A stretch of 64,000 nt of DNA from Methanocaldococcus sp. 28A (GTDB lineage: Archaea > AGJL01 > Methanococci > Methanococcales > Methanocaldococcaceae): NCBI GenBank assembly GCA_049852185.1, contig CP187540.1. One strand, 5' to 3'. The notes under the pieces were generated by a model that was not told where the DNA came from, did no database searches, and was given only the letters and a program-made list of their open reading frames with translations. The translations under genes were made by a program, and so were the position numbers. Positions 42,360 to 54,574 of this stretch are shown here, one piece after another. Position 1 is the stretch's first letter; each line of letters starts with the position of its first letter.

Positions 42360-43577
42360 ATGTTACAAAAATGTATCGAATGTGGTAAAACTTACGATGT
42401 GGATGAAATAATCTACACCTGCGAATGTGGTGGCTTATTAGAAATTGTTTATGATTATGAAGAAATAAAAGATAAAGTTTCAAAAGAAAAATTTAGAGAA
42501 AGAGAAATTGGTGTTTGGAGGTATTTAGAATACTTACCAGTAAAAGATGAAAGTAAAATTGTAAGTTTATGTGAAGGAGGGACTCCCCTATATAGATGTA
42601 AAAACTTAGAGAAAGAGCTTGGAGTTAAAGAACTCTATGTAAAAAACGAAGGAGCTAATCCTACAGGAAGTTTTAAAGATAGAGGGATGACTGTTGGGGT
42701 AACAAGAGCTAATGAGTTGGGAGTTGAAGTTGTTGGTTGTGCATCAACAGGAAATACATCAGCATCTTTAGCTGCATATTCAGCAAGATGTGGAAAAAAA
42801 TGCATAGTTTTATTACCAGATGGAAAGGTAGCTTTAGGTAAATTAGCTCAAGCAATGTTTTATGGAGCTAAGGTTATTCAAGTTAAAGGAAACTTTGATG
42901 ATGCCTTAAATATGGTTAAACAGTTAGCAAAAGAAAAATTAATTTATTTATTAAATTCAATAAATCCATTTAGATTGGAAGGACAAAAAACAATTGCATT
43001 TGAGATTTGCGACCAACTAAATTGGCAAGTTCCAGATAGAGTTATAGTTCCAGTAGGAAATGCTGGAAACATCTCAGCTATATGGAAAGGATTTAAAGAG
43101 TTTGAAATGACTGGAATTATTGATGAACTTCCAAAAATGACAGGAATTCAAGCTGAAGGAGCTAAGCCAATTGTTGAAGCTTTCAAAAAGAAAGCTAAAG
43201 AAATCACTCCATTCAAAAATCCAGAAACAATTGCAACAGCTATAAGAATTGGAAATCCAGTAAATGCCCCAAAGGCATTAGATGCTATATATTCATCAAA
43301 TGGATATGCTGAGGCAGTTACTGATGAAGAGATTGTAGAGGCACAAAAATTATTAGCAAGGAGAGAAGGAATTTTTGTTGAACCTGCTTCAGCCTCTTCA
43401 ATAGCTGGACTTAAGAAGTTGTTAGAAGAAGGAATTATTGATAAAGATGAAAGAATTGTTTGTATAACAACAGGACATGGATTAAAAGACCCAGATGCTG
43501 CTATAAGAGCGAGTGAAGAGCCAATAAAAATTGAATGTGACATGGAAATTCTAAAGAAATTATTGAAGGAGTTATAA
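42360..43577 (+). CDS. thrC: Threonine synthase
   Basis: NPTGSFKDRG, ASTGNTS, PVGNAGN, TGHGLKD. Confidence 0.96.
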   Translation: MLQKCIECGKTYDVDEIIYTCECGGLLEIVYDYEEIKDKVSKEKFREREIGVWRYLEYLPVKDESKIVSLCEGGTPLYRCKNLEKELGVKELYVKNEGANPTGSFKDRGMTVGVTRANELGVEVVGCASTGNTSASLAAYSARCGKKCIVLLPDGKVALGKLAQAMFYGAKVIQVKGNFDDALNMVKQLAKEKLIYLLNSINPFRLEGQKTIAFEICDQLNWQVPDRVIVPVGNAGNISAIWKGFKEFEMTGIIDELPKMTGIQAEGAKPIVEAFKKKAKEITPFKNPETIATAIRIGNPVNAPKALDAIYSSNGYAEAVTDEEIVEAQKLLARREGIFVEPASASSIAGLKKLLEEGIIDKDERIVCITTGHGLKDPDAAIRASEEPIKIECDMEILKKLLKEL

Positions 43578-43704
43578 TCCTTACTAATTATCTCTCCTAT
43601 ACCTTAAATACTTTAAATACTTAAAAAATATATGGAGTCATAAAAGTATTTATTATACTTTGAATCTTTTTTTATTTTTAATAGAACTTTATAAGGTGAG
43701 AATT

Positions 43705-44214
43705 ATGCAGAGTGTAATAAAAGGAAGAGTTTGGAAGTTTGGAGATAACATAGATACAGATGCCATATTACCAGCAAGATACTTAGTTTATACAAAACCT
43801 GAAGAATTAGCTCAGTTTGTTATGACTGGTATAGATGAAGCGTTTCCAAAAAAAGTTAAGCCAGGAGATATAATTGTTGGAGGAAAGAACTTTGGTTGTG
43901 GTTCAAGTAGAGAACACGCTCCATTAGGATTAAAAGGAGCAGGAATTAGTTGTGTCATTGCTGAAAGCTTTGCAAGAATATTTTATAGAAATGCTATTAA
44001 CGTTGGATTGCCATTGATTGAATGTAAAGGAATTTCAGAGAAGGTTAATGAAGGAGATGAATTGGAAGTTAATTTAGAAACTGGAGAGATTAAAAACTTA
44101 ACCACTGGAGAAGTAATGAAAGGAAATAAATTGCCAGAATTCATGATGGAAATCTTAGAGGCAGGTGGATTAATGCCATATTTAAAGAAAAAGATGGAAG
44201 CTGAAAGCCAGTAA
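43705..44214 (+). CDS. leuD: Isopropylmalate/citramalate isomerase small subunit
   Basis: [30 protein letters not shown]; start at ATG after GGTGA. Confidence 0.9.
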   Translation: MQSVIKGRVWKFGDNIDTDAILPARYLVYTKPEELAQFVMTGIDEAFPKKVKPGDIIVGGKNFGCGSSREHAPLGLKGAGISCVIAESFARIFYRNAINVGLPLIECKGISEKVNEGDELEVNLETGEIKNLTTGEVMKGNKLPEFMMEILEAGGLMPYLKKKMEAESQ

Positions 44215-44295
44215 ATTAAATTTACTTTCTATTTTTATTTTTTGAATTTCTAAAATTAGAGAATACAATATCTAAATTTTATTTAGAGGGATAAA

Positions 44296-45969
44296 ATGAT
44301 AAGTGATAGTGTAAAAAAAGGATTAAAAAGAGCTCCAAATAGAAGTTTATTAAAAGCTTGTGGATACACAGACGAAGAGATAGATAGACCTTTTATTGGA
44401 GTTGTTAACAGTTTTACTGAAGTTGTTCCAGGACATATACATTTAAGAGACATTGCTGAAGCAGTAAAAAAAGGAATATATGCAAATGGAGGAACTGCCT
44501 TTGAATTCAACACAATGGCAATATGTGATGGAATAGCTATGGGACATGAGGGTATGAAATACTCTTTACCTTCAAGAGAGATTATTGCTGATACCGTAGA
44601 GAGTATGGCAAAAGCCCATGGATTTGATGGATTAGTTTTAATTCCAAGCTGTGATAAAATAGTTCCTGGAATGATAATGGGAGCTATAAGAACTGGATTA
44701 CCATTTATAGTTGTTACTGGAGGGCCGATGTTTCCTGGAGAGTTGAGAGGGAAAAAATATGATTTAATTAGTGTATTTGAAGGGGTTGGGGCTTGTGCAG
44801 CTGGAAAAATTACAGAGGAAGAACTTAAAGAAATTGAAGATATTGCATGTCCAGGAGCTGGAAGCTGTGCAGGTCTATTTACAGCAAATACAATGGCTTG
44901 TTTAACTGAAGCTATGGGTTTATCGTTACCTTATTGCGCAACAGCTCATGCAACAACAGCAGAAAAGATAAGAATAGCTAAGAGAAGTGGAATGAGAATA
45001 GTTGATTTAGTTAGAAATAATATAACTCCAGATAAGATTTTAACTAAAGAGGCTTTTGAAAATGCTATATTAGTAGATTTAGCTTTGGGAGGTTCTACAA
45101 ACACAACCTTACATATTCCAGCAATAGCAAATGAAATAAAGCCAAAGTTTATAACATTAGATGACTTTGATAGGTTGAGTGATGAAGTGCCTCATATAGC
45201 TTCTTTAAGACCTGGAGGAGAACACTTCATAATTGATTTACATAGAGCTGGAGGAATTCCTGCCGTATTAAAAGTTTTAGAAGAGAAAATAAGGAAAAAT
45301 TGCCTAACAGTTAGTGGAAAAACCATTGAAGAGATAATTAATGAGGTTAAGTACATTGATTATAATATTATCAGACCAATAGACAACCCAGTCCATGAAA
45401 CAGCTGGTTTGAGAATATTGAAAGGAAGCTTAGCTCCTAATGGAGCAGTAGTAAAAATAGGTGCTGTAAATCCAAAGATGTATAAACATGAAGGGCCTGC
45501 AAGAGTATTTGATAGTGAGGAAGAAGCAGTTGACGCTATATTGGGAGGGGAGATTGAGAAAGGTGATGTTGTAGTTATTAGATATGAAGGCCCTGCAGGA
45601 GGTCCTGGGATGAGGGAGATGCTATCTCCAACTTCAGCAATATGTGGAATGGGATTAGATGATTCAGTGGCATTAATTACAGATGGTAGATTCAGTGGAG
45701 GGAGTAGAGGGCCATGTATTGGGCATGTTTCACCAGAAGCAATGGCTGGAGGGCCGATAGCGATAGTTGAGGATGGAGATATAATTAAAATAGATATGAT
45801 AAACAAAAAATTGGATTTGGCTTTAGAAGAGGAAGAGATTAAAGAAAGATTAGCTAAATGGAAAAAACCTGAGCCTAAAGTTAAAAAAGGTTACTTGGCA
45901 AGATATGCTAAGCTTGTAACATCAGCTGATGAAGGGGCTGTGTTAAGGTACGATTATAGTCGTGTATAG
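44296..45969 (+). CDS. ilvD: Dihydroxy-acid dehydratase (last 4 aa come from a MITE)
   Basis: [37 protein letters not shown]. Confidence 0.97.
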   Translation: MISDSVKKGLKRAPNRSLLKACGYTDEEIDRPFIGVVNSFTEVVPGHIHLRDIAEAVKKGIYANGGTAFEFNTMAICDGIAMGHEGMKYSLPSREIIADTVESMAKAHGFDGLVLIPSCDKIVPGMIMGAIRTGLPFIVVTGGPMFPGELRGKKYDLISVFEGVGACAAGKITEEELKEIEDIACPGAGSCAGLFTANTMACLTEAMGLSLPYCATAHATTAEKIRIAKRSGMRIVDLVRNNITPDKILTKEAFENAILVDLALGGSTNTTLHIPAIANEIKPKFITLDDFDRLSDEVPHIASLRPGGEHFIIDLHRAGGIPAVLKVLEEKIRKNCLTVSGKTIEEIINEVKYIDYNIIRPIDNPVHETAGLRILKGSLAPNGAVVKIGAVNPKMYKHEGPARVFDSEEEAVDAILGGEIEKGDVVVIRYEGPAGGPGMREMLSPTSAICGMGLDDSVALITDGRFSGGSRGPCIGHVSPEAMAGGPIAIVEDGDIIKIDMINKKLDLALEEEEIKERLAKWKKPEPKVKKGYLARYAKLVTSADEGAVLRYDYSRV

Positions 45970-46040
45970 AACTATCTTAACTAAAATAAGGAATTAGCAA
46001 TTGTCCTTATAAAAGTTTATTTTATTTTGCACAACTACTA
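45957..46040. mobile_element. MITE family A copy inserted in the ilvD stop codon
   Basis: GAT-TA[element]TA-A; removal restores GAT TAA. Confidence 0.8.
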
Positions 46041-46073
46041 TAAAAATGTAAAAATAAAAAAAGATGGAGAGAA

Positions 46074-46292
<219 letters not shown>

Positions 46293-46549
46293 TTAATTCA
46301 CCTTTCAGTATCTTTAATATGTCTTTCTCTTTCTTAAGAAATATTATAAATATCAATCTTTTATACTTTCCAATCACCTATATATACTTTTTTAAGATAT
46401 TGTAAAAATCACGGTAATATATATAATTTCCTTAATTTGACAGCAATCACATAATGGTTTATCTTACAGAAATTTTTAAGTGTTCAACAATTAATGCGAG
46501 ATATTTTTATATATTTCCAAATATTTTGGTGTATATTTTTCAAATATTC

Positions 46550-47058
46550 CTTTATTTAGATATATTTTTCCAAACCCATCTGCAATTGAAGATGGAATTT
46601 TTGAGATTGATGTGATAAAATCTGATTATAACCAATATTTGGGATTTGTTTTTGAAAAAGTTGCTAAGGAATTTTTGATTGAGTTAAATAAAATGAACAA
46701 ATTGCCATTTAAATTTTTAAACATTGGAAGATGGTGGAAAAAAGAAGTAGAGATTGACTTAATTGCTTTAAATAAAAATGAAAAAAAGGCATTATTTATT
46801 GAAGTTATAGTTGTGTGCAAAAGTATCTTAATTAAAATAAGGAATTAAAGAATGCCTTCCTTTTGGAAGGCATTCAAATTTTCCTTTACAAAGTTTATTT
46901 TATTTTGCACACAACTATAAATAGAAGAACTTGAAAGATATGGATGTTAAAAGAATACTCAATAATTTAGAAAGAAAATCAGAACTCGTAGGATTGAGTG
47001 ATTATGAAAATACTGTGCAATCATATGAAAAGAAATGTTTGATTTGGAAGATTTTAAT
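46550..47058 (+). pseudogene. Remnant of archaeal ATPase / DUF234 (PD-(D/E)xK) protein
   Basis: YLGFVFEKVAKE...GRWW..EIDLIA..LFIEVK*; split by a MITE, 5' part lost. Confidence 0.8.
46808..46917. mobile_element. MITE family A full-length copy
   Basis: Perfect 15-bp TIR, TA duplication inside the GTT AAA codons of the host gene. Confidence 0.92.
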
Positions 47059-48163
47059 AAACTTCTTTAATCTTCTCGCACAACAACTCAAAATCCTCCT
47101 TTTTATGTCCAACGTTTATACTTACCCTTATCCTTTCTGAGCCTTTAGGAACTGTTGGATATCTAATTCCCACACAAAAGATGTTATTTTTTATTAAATA
47201 CTCTGCTATTTCCATAGTTTTTTCTTTAAAAATGAATGGGTATATTGGAGTTAAATTATCCTCCCTAATAAATCCATTTTTCTTAAAAATTTCATTTGCT
47301 ATTTTTATGTTTTTTTGGAGATTTTTAACAACGTCTCCCTTTTCAATAATTTCAAATGCTTTAATGCAACCTTCAACAACATGTGGGGGAAGAGCAGTAG
47401 AATAAATAAAGCTCCTTGAAGTGTTTATTAAATACTCTATAACTTCCTCAATTCCACAAACAAATCCTCCCAAACCACCAATTGCCTTTGATAAAGTCCC
47501 AATTTGAATGATGTTGTCAGAAAGTTTTAAATTAAAGTGCTTTAAACTTCCTTTCCCATTACCCAAAACTCCTGTCCCATGTGCATCATCTATAATTAAA
47601 ATGGCATTAAACTCATCTGCTATCTTCTTTAAATCTTTAAGTGGGGCTATATCCCCATCCATACTAAAAACGCCGTCAGTTATAATAAATAAATTGTTGT
47701 ATTTTTTCCAATCTTCTTCAATTAAATTAAATAGATGTTCTACATCACAATGATTGTAAATCAAAACATCCGCCTTACTTAACCTACAGCCATCAATGAT
47801 AGATGCATGATTAAGTTTATCACTCAAAATTAAATCCCCTTTTTTGCATAATGAGGAAATAACTCCAACATTTGTAGCATAGCCAGAAGAATAAATTAAA
47901 GCCCTCTCTGTTTCTTTAAACTCCGCTATTTTATCTTCCAATCTTTGATGGTTTATATTTCCAGATGTTAATCTTGAGCCAGTTGCTCCTACTCCATATT
48001 TTAGTCCTTCTTTTACAGCTTCAATAACCTCTGGATGTTTTGATAGGCATAGATAATCATTTGAAGAGAAATCTAATATATTATCTCCTTTTTCTCTCAA
48101 AAATCTATACAATCCACTGTTATTTATGATTTCAATCTCTCTCTTTAATTTTTCTCTAAACAT
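47054..48163 (-). CDS. bioF: 8-amino-7-oxononanoate synthase
   Basis: SSNDYL, NHASIIDG, FSMDGD, DDAHG, TLSKA. Confidence 0.95.
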   Translation of the reverse strand: MFREKLKREIEIINNSGLYRFLREKGDNILDFSSNDYLCLSKHPEVIEAVKEGLKYGVGATGSRLTSGNINHQRLEDKIAEFKETERALIYSSGYATNVGVISSLCKKGDLILSDKLNHASIIDGCRLSKADVLIYNHCDVEHLFNLIEEDWKKYNNLFIITDGVFSMDGDIAPLKDLKKIADEFNAILIIDDAHGTGVLGNGKGSLKHFNLKLSDNIIQIGTLSKAIGGLGGFVCGIEEVIEYLINTSRSFIYSTALPPHVVEGCIKAFEIIEKGDVVKNLQKNIKIANEIFKKNGFIREDNLTPIYPFIFKEKTMEIAEYLIKNNIFCVGIRYPTVPKGSERIRVSINVGHKKEDFELLCEKIKEVY

Positions 48164-48175
48164 AAAAATCCCTTT

Positions 48176-48877
48176 TTATTTTATAATGAATGGCTTATTT
48201 TCTAATTTATTTATTAGGTCCTCTATATCAACATCATTTTTAACAAAAAATACCCTCCCTCCATTCTCTCCTTTTTCTTTTAAATTTGTAATCCTAAAAT
48301 AGCCCTTTTTAGTTGCAACATAGCCAGTAGTGTAACTTTTATTATCTGAGGTGCATAACTCAGCCATAACACCCAAATGAATAACCTTAGAGGCTATTGC
48401 AATAGCATCAACAGTCCTTTCTGTCCCTAAATTTTCTTTTAGAATCTTCTCTTTTAGTTCTTTTGTTGTATCTATATTTTTAACTCTAACGCCCCTGTCC
48501 TTATCTGGCTCTAATCTCTCCCCTCTTAAATTTAAAATTGCCGCCCCCCTCATTCCTCCCTTATCAATAATCTCAAATGCATAATCTATTACTTCATCTG
48601 AAATGCCCTCACTTTTTAATAACTCTCTTGCCTTTTCTCTTGCCTCTTTTTTATTTTTACATTCTATTGTTTTTATTGGTAAGTGGTTGATATAAATTAT
48701 ATTTTCCTTAATCTCATAAATCTTTAGGTTTATAAAATCTGGTGTTCCATTTTCATGTGTTAAAGCCCTTCTTATTAATTCTCTTGCAACATCTTCAATC
48801 TCTTCCTTATTTACAATCCTTTCTGCTCCAGAAAGGTGTTTCCCATTTTTTGAAGCTCTCATTTTTATGCTATACAT
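48176..48877 (-). CDS. bioW: 6-carboxyhexanoate-CoA ligase
   Basis: SIKMRAS, HLSGAE, MRGA, RGVRV, ELCTSD, YTTGYV, GGRV. Confidence 0.93.
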   Translation of the reverse strand: MYSIKMRASKNGKHLSGAERIVNKEEIEDVARELIRRALTHENGTPDFINLKIYEIKENIIYINHLPIKTIECKNKKEAREKARELLKSEGISDEVIDYAFEIIDKGGMRGAAILNLRGERLEPDKDRGVRVKNIDTTKELKEKILKENLGTERTVDAIAIASKVIHLGVMAELCTSDNKSYTTGYVATKKGYFRITNLKEKGENGGRVFFVKNDVDIEDLINKLENKPFIIK

Positions 48878-49001
48878 ATTCTCACATTTTAGTCTTTTTA
48901 TTTATTAGATTTTTATTTTAGCATAAGATATTATAACAGTATGGCTATAATTAGCAGTAATATAAAATAGCATACAGGATTTAATAATATAAGGTGATAA
49001 T

Positions 49002-49658
49002 TTGAGATTTGACTTTCATACGCATACAGTTTTTAGTGATGGTGAGCTAATACCCTCAGAGTTAGTTAGAAGAGCAATAGTCTTAAAACACAAAGCTATA
49101 GCTATAACAGACCATGCTGATTTCAGCAACTATAAAGAGTTGATTGAAAAAACTACTATTGCAAAAGAAGAGTTAAAAAAATACTGGGATATTGAGGTTA
49201 TAGTAGGGATTGAGTTGACTCACATCCCACCAAAATCCATACCAAAAATGGCAAAAAAAGCTAAAGATTTGGGAGCTGAGATTGTTGTAGTTCATGGAGA
49301 GACAGTAGTTGAGCCTGTTGAAGAAAAAACCAATTACTATGCCTCAATATCTGAAGATGTTGATATCTTAGCTCATCCAGGATTTATTGATAAAGAGGTT
49401 GCTGAAAATTTGAAGGAGAATGATATATTTGTTGAGATTACTTCAAGGAGAGGACATAATATTACAAATGGTTTTGTAGCCAATATTGCGAGAGAATTTG
49501 GATTAAAAACTTTGATAAATACTGACACTCACTCCCCAGATGATTTAATTGATGTTGAGTTTGCAAAAAAAGTAGGTTTAGGAGCAGGACTAACAAATAA
49601 AGAATTGGAAAATATACTATTACATTATCCAAAAGAGTTATTGAAGAGAATAAAATAA
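49002..49658 (+). CDS. PHP domain protein (histidinol-phosphatase-like)
   Basis: DFHTHTVFSDG, ITDH, LAHPG, NTDTH. Confidence 0.92.
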   Translation: MRFDFHTHTVFSDGELIPSELVRRAIVLKHKAIAITDHADFSNYKELIEKTTIAKEELKKYWDIEVIVGIELTHIPPKSIPKMAKKAKDLGAEIVVVHGETVVEPVEEKTNYYASISEDVDILAHPGFIDKEVAENLKENDIFVEITSRRGHNITNGFVANIAREFGLKTLINTDTHSPDDLIDVEFAKKVGLGAGLTNKELENILLHYPKELLKRIK

Positions 49659-49696
49659 CATGATGAATACGGGCAAATAATAACAGTATGGTTTTA

Positions 49697-49808
49697 TATT
49701 TTGTGCAAAATAAACTAAACTCTTATAAGGACAATTTGAATGCCTTTATTATGGAAGACATTCTTTAATACCTAATTATTTTATTTAAAATAGTTTTGCA
49801 CACAACTA
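49697..49808. mobile_element. MITE family A copy
   Basis: Degenerate left TIR, intact right TIR TTTTGCACACAACTA. Confidence 0.85.
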
Positions 49809-49867
49809 TATATTCATACTCTTATAAAGTGTTATTTGTTTGATGATTGACTATAGCAAAAATATAG

Positions 49868-50713
49868 GTGGATGGAATGACATCTATGGATGTATTTTTC
49901 TTTCTATTCCTATTTCTATTGTTTATTTATCCAGAAATGATGATGAGATATAGGATAATGAAAAGGTTGAGATGCATAAGGGAAATAGAGAGAGAAAGAA
50001 AAAGTAGGGTTATAGCTATGATACATAGACAAGAGGCATTAACATTTTTGGGAATACCAATATACAAATTTATCACTATTGAAGATAGTGAAGAGATTTT
50101 GAGGGCAATAAGATTAACTCCAGAAGATATGCCTATTGATTTAATCATACATACTCCTGGAGGTTTAGCTTTAGCGAGTGAGCAAATTGCCTTAGCTTTA
50201 AAAGAACATAAAGCAAAAACAACAGTTATAATTCCACATTATGCTATGAGTGGTGGCTCTCTAATAGCTTTAGCTGCAGATGAAATAATTATGGATAAAA
50301 ATGCAGTAATGGGGCCAGTAGACCCTCAAATTGGACAATATCCAGCTGCCTCTATTCTTGAAGCATACTATAGGAAAGGGGATAAAGTAACTGATGAGAC
50401 ATTAATATTAGTAGATATATCAAAAAAAGCAATTAAACAGATGGAAGAATTTGTTTATGAGTTGTTGAAAGATAAATATGGAGATGAAAAAGCTAAGGAT
50501 ATTGCAAAAAAACTTACTGAGGGAAGATGGACACATGATTATCCTTTAACAGTTAATAAATTAAAAGAACTTGGTATTGAAGTTAATATAAATGTCCCAA
50601 GAAAGGTTTATGAGTTATTGGAGCTTTATCCACAACCAATGGGTGCAAAGCCATCTGTCTATTACATCCCCGTTCCATATAGCAAAAAAGATAAGGGAGA
50701 GGATGCAAAATAA
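49868..50713 (+). CDS. ClpP-class membrane serine protease (SDH_sah family)
   Basis: [27 protein letters not shown]. Confidence 0.9.
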   Translation: MDGMTSMDVFFFLFLFLLFIYPEMMMRYRIMKRLRCIREIERERKSRVIAMIHRQEALTFLGIPIYKFITIEDSEEILRAIRLTPEDMPIDLIIHTPGGLALASEQIALALKEHKAKTTVIIPHYAMSGGSLIALAADEIIMDKNAVMGPVDPQIGQYPAASILEAYYRKGDKVTDETLILVDISKKAIKQMEEFVYELLKDKYGDEKAKDIAKKLTEGRWTHDYPLTVNKLKELGIEVNINVPRKVYELLELYPQPMGAKPSVYYIPVPYSKKDKGEDAK

Positions 50714-51047
50714 AAAAATTAAAAAAGTTAAAGTTGGAGAGTTAGAGTTTGACGTTGTGTTGGCTGATAATTTTATTAAAAGAGCTTTTGGTTTAATGTT
50801 TAGAGATATTGGGAATAAAGCCATGCTATTTTTATACAAGAGGAGAAAGATATCTATGCATACTTTCTTTATGCTTTATCCCATTGATGTAATTTTTATT
50901 GATGAAAATAAAGTAGTGGAAGCAGTAAGATTAAAGCCATGGAAAACATACAAATGCAAAAATTACTCAACGGCAATGCTTGAATTTAAGTGTATAGATA
51001 TCAACTTAGATAAACTTGTTGGGGAAAAAGTAGAGTTTATGAGATGA
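50703..51047 (+). CDS. DUF192 family protein
   Basis: [28 protein letters not shown]; real start at ATG 50703. Confidence 0.88.
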   Translation: MQNKKIKKVKVGELEFDVVLADNFIKRAFGLMFRDIGNKAMLFLYKRRKISMHTFFMLYPIDVIFIDENKVVEAVRLKPWKTYKCKNYSTAMLEFKCIDINLDKLVGEKVEFMR

Positions 51048-51052
51048 TAATT

Positions 51053-52087
51053 ATGGATTATCTAAAAATCTTAGAGGATTTAGTAAAAATTAGAACAGAT
51101 AATAGAATTGGTGTTAAAAAAGCATTTAAATATTTGTCTAATCTTTTCAACAACTTAGGAATAAAAAATACTATCATTGATGGATGTTTTATAGCTTATA
51201 AAGAAAAAGAAAACTTTGATTTGATATTAAATTCACATATAGATACTGTAAAAGTTCAATCAAATTTTAAAAAAGATGAAAATAACTTTTATGGAACTGG
51301 AGTTATAGATGCCAAGGGAAATGTTGTTTTAATGATTCATGCTTTTTTAAACACTAATAAATCATTATTGGTTATCTCTCCCGATGAAGAAAAAGAATCA
51401 AATGGTATTTATAATTTTTGCCAACATTTAAAGGATAAATATAAAATTAAAAAGGATATTAAATGCATAGTTGGTGAGCCAACTGACTTAAAAGTTTGTA
51501 TTGGGCATAAAGGAAGGTTTGAATACATTGTAGAAAGTTTTGGTAAAGCGAAGCATGCTTCATCATCTAACTGCATAAATCCAATAGAAATTTTGAGCTA
51601 TGTCATTTTAGATTTAAAAAATCTCCATTTAAAAAAGATTAAAGTTGATAAAATATATAGTTCGTCAATAACTCCAACAATAATAAATGGTGGAATTCAA
51701 AGCAATATTATCCCAGATTATGCTTATCTCTTATTTGATGTTAGAAGTGTTGAGAAAAACATAATAAAAAAGATAGACAACTTTTTATCTCAAAAAAAAT
51801 ATTCAAAGCATATAAAAAGTGGATTAAATCCAAAAAGGCATTATGCAGATTTCTATATGCTTGAAAATAAAGAACTAATAGATAAATTATCTAAAGAGTT
51901 TGAAATATCATTTTTCAATGCCACCTGTGAAGCATATTACTTCAACAAATTTTTAAACGCTGATACTATTATTTATGGTGTAGGAAAATTAGAACTTGCA
52001 CATTCTAAAGAAGAGTATTTAAATTTAAATGATTTTAACATAGGAATTAAAAGAATAGAAAAGCTTGCAGAATTAATTAAAGAATAA
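51053..52087 (+). CDS. M20 family metallopeptidase/deacylase
   Basis: [25 protein letters not shown]. Confidence 0.9.
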   Translation: MDYLKILEDLVKIRTDNRIGVKKAFKYLSNLFNNLGIKNTIIDGCFIAYKEKENFDLILNSHIDTVKVQSNFKKDENNFYGTGVIDAKGNVVLMIHAFLNTNKSLLVISPDEEKESNGIYNFCQHLKDKYKIKKDIKCIVGEPTDLKVCIGHKGRFEYIVESFGKAKHASSSNCINPIEILSYVILDLKNLHLKKIKVDKIYSSSITPTIINGGIQSNIIPDYAYLLFDVRSVEKNIIKKIDNFLSQKKYSKHIKSGLNPKRHYADFYMLENKELIDKLSKEFEISFFNATCEAYYFNKFLNADTIIYGVGKLELAHSKEEYLNLNDFNIGIKRIEKLAELIKE

Positions 52088-52098
52088 TGGGAGCAAAA

Positions 52099-52200
52099 AT
52101 GGATGTAAATAAAATTTACTGTATAGATTGTTTAGAGGGAATGAAAGAATTAAAAGATAAGTCTGTCATAGTTGTTACTTCTCCTTTATAAAATTTAGGT
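52099..52200 (+). pseudogene. 5' remnant of a beta-class N4-C/N6-A DNA methyltransferase
   Basis: [33 protein letters not shown], a decayed TSPPYN motif; cut by the IS. Confidence 0.8.
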
Positions 52201-52201
52201 A

Positions 52202-53400
52202 CAGTATCTCCAAACATCATAAAATAAACAGAAAAGTTAATATTTCATAATATTGAATAATATTTGAATAATTATTAAAAAAATAGGGGGAGATGGAACA
52301 ATGAACGACATAAGATTGTTGGCTATAAAATCATTTAACGAATTTAACGAATTCATAAGCAATGTTCTTCAAATTTGTCTAAGGATTTATGAGTTGAGGA
52401 TTATGCAATAGGACTTATAGAGGCAATGTCGAATAACACATACTTAGAGACTGTTAGTAAGCTAAATTATCCATCGGCAGACTCTTACTATCGATATATA
52501 AATAAGGCAGGTAATTCTATGTTTAAAGAAATTTATAAATCTTTTGTTAAAAATATATTCAATGATTTAAAAAAATAATAGAAATTTTTGCCTATCGATA
52601 GATACGCATTATGATGCCTATTATGGTAATAATTTAGATTTAGAATTAATTCACGAATATAGAAAAGAGAGGGGCAGTACTGGTTCGTATAAATATATAG
52701 CTGCTACATTACATACTGAAGATTTTTCGTTAATAATCTATTGTGATATTCTTGTTAAGGAAGATTCGTTGCTTAATCATGTGAAGGAAATTATGGGCTT
52801 TACTATTAACGATTTAGAAATAAATCCATCTAATATTGCAGTACTTACCGATAGAGAGTTTAAAGACTTTGAAATAATAAAAATTTTTGAAAAATACGGA
52901 TGTAATTACATAAGCTTTATTCCGAAAAATGATAAAGTTAAATACTATCTTGAGGAGGAATATAAAAAAGAAGAAAAATGGAAATTCGATTATGTTATCG
53001 ATAAAAATACTATTCCTAAATTAGTTATTGCTGAGGACGAAATAATTACAAACTACAAAAGAAAAAAGGTATATTATACCTTTTTAACTAATATCGACTT
53101 TGAAAATCAAGAATCTTACATAAAAATGTATAAAAAACGATGGAATATTAAAACACGATTTAGAATGCTTAAAGATGCAGTTATAAAAACGAAATCAACC
53201 TCTTTAAAAGTTAGGTTGTTCCTTTTTATGCTTAAATGCGTTATTCATAACTTATGGATTAAAATTCGTAATAAAAAAGAATGTATTTCTTTAAAATTCT
53301 TCATCGTCGAAATATGTAAGTTATTAAATGAGTTCGATTATTCAATCATGGTTATGCGTAATACTCCGTTGTGTATACCTATGCATATTCGTAGATACTG
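52202..53400 (+). mobile_element. ISH3/IS4-like element with frameshifted transposase
   Basis: TIR CAGTATCT...AGATACTG; IDDT, TDREF and YKKRWNI(K)TRFR DDE motifs in broken frames (ORF 52769-53404). Confidence 0.8.
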
Positions 53401-53697
53401 GTAGACATAACAAGCAATGTAATTTTAAATACATTGTTAATAATCTCTGGAGCAATGTTTAATATTTTAGTTATAAAATTATTAAAATTAGAGAAACTAT
53501 TATTGGAAAATAGGTATTTGTTAATGATATATTTAGTAGCTGTAGTTGTTGCTATGAATATATTTGATTAGATAGCTCGACCGATTATCTCTAATTATTT
53601 TAACGTAATTAACTACGTACCATTATCATTTTTTGTTGGGTTTGGAGGAGGAATATTGGTTTCATTCTTTTATTTAATTGCATGGAAAAAATCATAG
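53401..53697 (+). pseudogene. Truncated small multi-TM protein (immunity-like)
   Basis: 99-codon hydrophobic frame ...AMNIFD*IARPII...FFYLIAWKKS*, 5' end removed at the IS boundary. Confidence 0.6.
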
Positions 53698-53817
53698 ATG
53701 TTTAATTCACGCGAAATTTTAGAACTATAATGTTCTAATCTCTGCAATTTCATTTTATATAATTTAGTTTTATCCTTAAAAATCAGTATAACAAAAATTC
53801 ATCTTAATTGTGAAACC

Positions 53818-53982
53818 ATAAAAAACTTACTATCAATATTAACACTCCTAATTTTCTCAATGGGATTCATATTTGGCTTTATATTCATAAATGACTTTTC
53901 AAAAAACTACAAAGGAGAAGAAATAAATTAAAATTTCTACTTTTATATTACTCCAAAAGTTGCAAATTTAGTTATAAAATAA
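53818..53982 (+). pseudogene. SpoIIM scar 1 (internally deleted)
   Basis: FINDFSKNYKGEEIN joined to YITPKVANL, both matching 57699-58256. Confidence 0.85.
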
Positions 53983-54227
53983 ATTTTACTTTTATAAAGT
54001 TTTAGTTATTTTAGAATTATTAAAAATCTTAATTGGCTAATTATTTGTATATTTATGCTTTACTATTTAGTTTAAAATAGTAATATATATATGTGTTTTT
54101 ACATTTATAATTATGAAAAATGTGGAAAATGATATGATATTAAAAAGTATGTTAAATTAAAAAATATTTGGCGATGATGCCCTCTATGGGCGGAGCCAAT
54201 ATTAACGGGCTATATTGAACCACCATA
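53975..54227 (+). repeat. About 250-bp duplicated promoter/5' UTR block, copy 1
   Basis: Near-identical to 56752-57001. Confidence 0.93.
54170..54197 (+). promoter_or_regulatory. Kink-turn hairpin in 5' UTR, copy 1
   Basis: GGC-GAT-GA-TGCCC-TCTAT-GGGCG-GA-GCC. Confidence 0.7.
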
Positions 54228-54240
54228 GAAAGGTGGCATT

Positions 54241-54543
54241 ATAAATATATTAAAGGGTAGTGTATTAAAAGTTTTCGGAGCTGTAGTTTTAGTTAGCATG
54301 ATAGGTGCTTTAGTAGCTGAGCCTGTTGCTTTAGGGGATATTGGAGTGGCTTATTATTTAAAATATCATAACGATTATGGATATATTGATGATGGAAAAG
54401 ACTATGGTAAAAAAGGAATAAAAATTCTTGCAGCGGTAGCTGCAATTGAAGAAGTTGAAGGAACTACTGAAGCAGCTGTTTTAGCTGCATGTGGTCTTAC
54501 TGGTATAGGATTAGTAGCTGTGGGAGCCACAATGGTTTGCTAA
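54241..54543 (+). CDS. Bacteriocin/archaeocin-like precursor 1 (start codon position reads ATA; probably impaired)
   Basis: Frame open from ATA 54241 behind a GGTGG RBS; leader aligns codon for codon with precursor 2 (..ALVAEPVALGDIG); Gly/Ala-rich hydrophobic core. Confidence 0.7.
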   Translation: MNILKGSVLKVFGAVVLVSMIGALVAEPVALGDIGVAYYLKYHNDYGYIDDGKDYGKKGIKILAAVAAIEEVEGTTEAAVLAACGLTGIGLVAVGATMVC

Positions 54544-54574
54544 ATCTATAATAAGTATAAGTAGTGTGATAATT

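Noticed and set aside
49660-49692. ATGATGA box-C-like motif after the PHP gene
   Set aside because: No D or D' box before the MITE begins.
54170-54230. 5' UTR motif as a fluoride riboswitch, SECIS element or C/D box sRNA
   Set aside because: Starts GGCGATG but lacks the complementary TCGCC and pseudoknot of the crcB motif; no in-frame UGA gene nearby; no CUGA D boxes. K-turn fits better.
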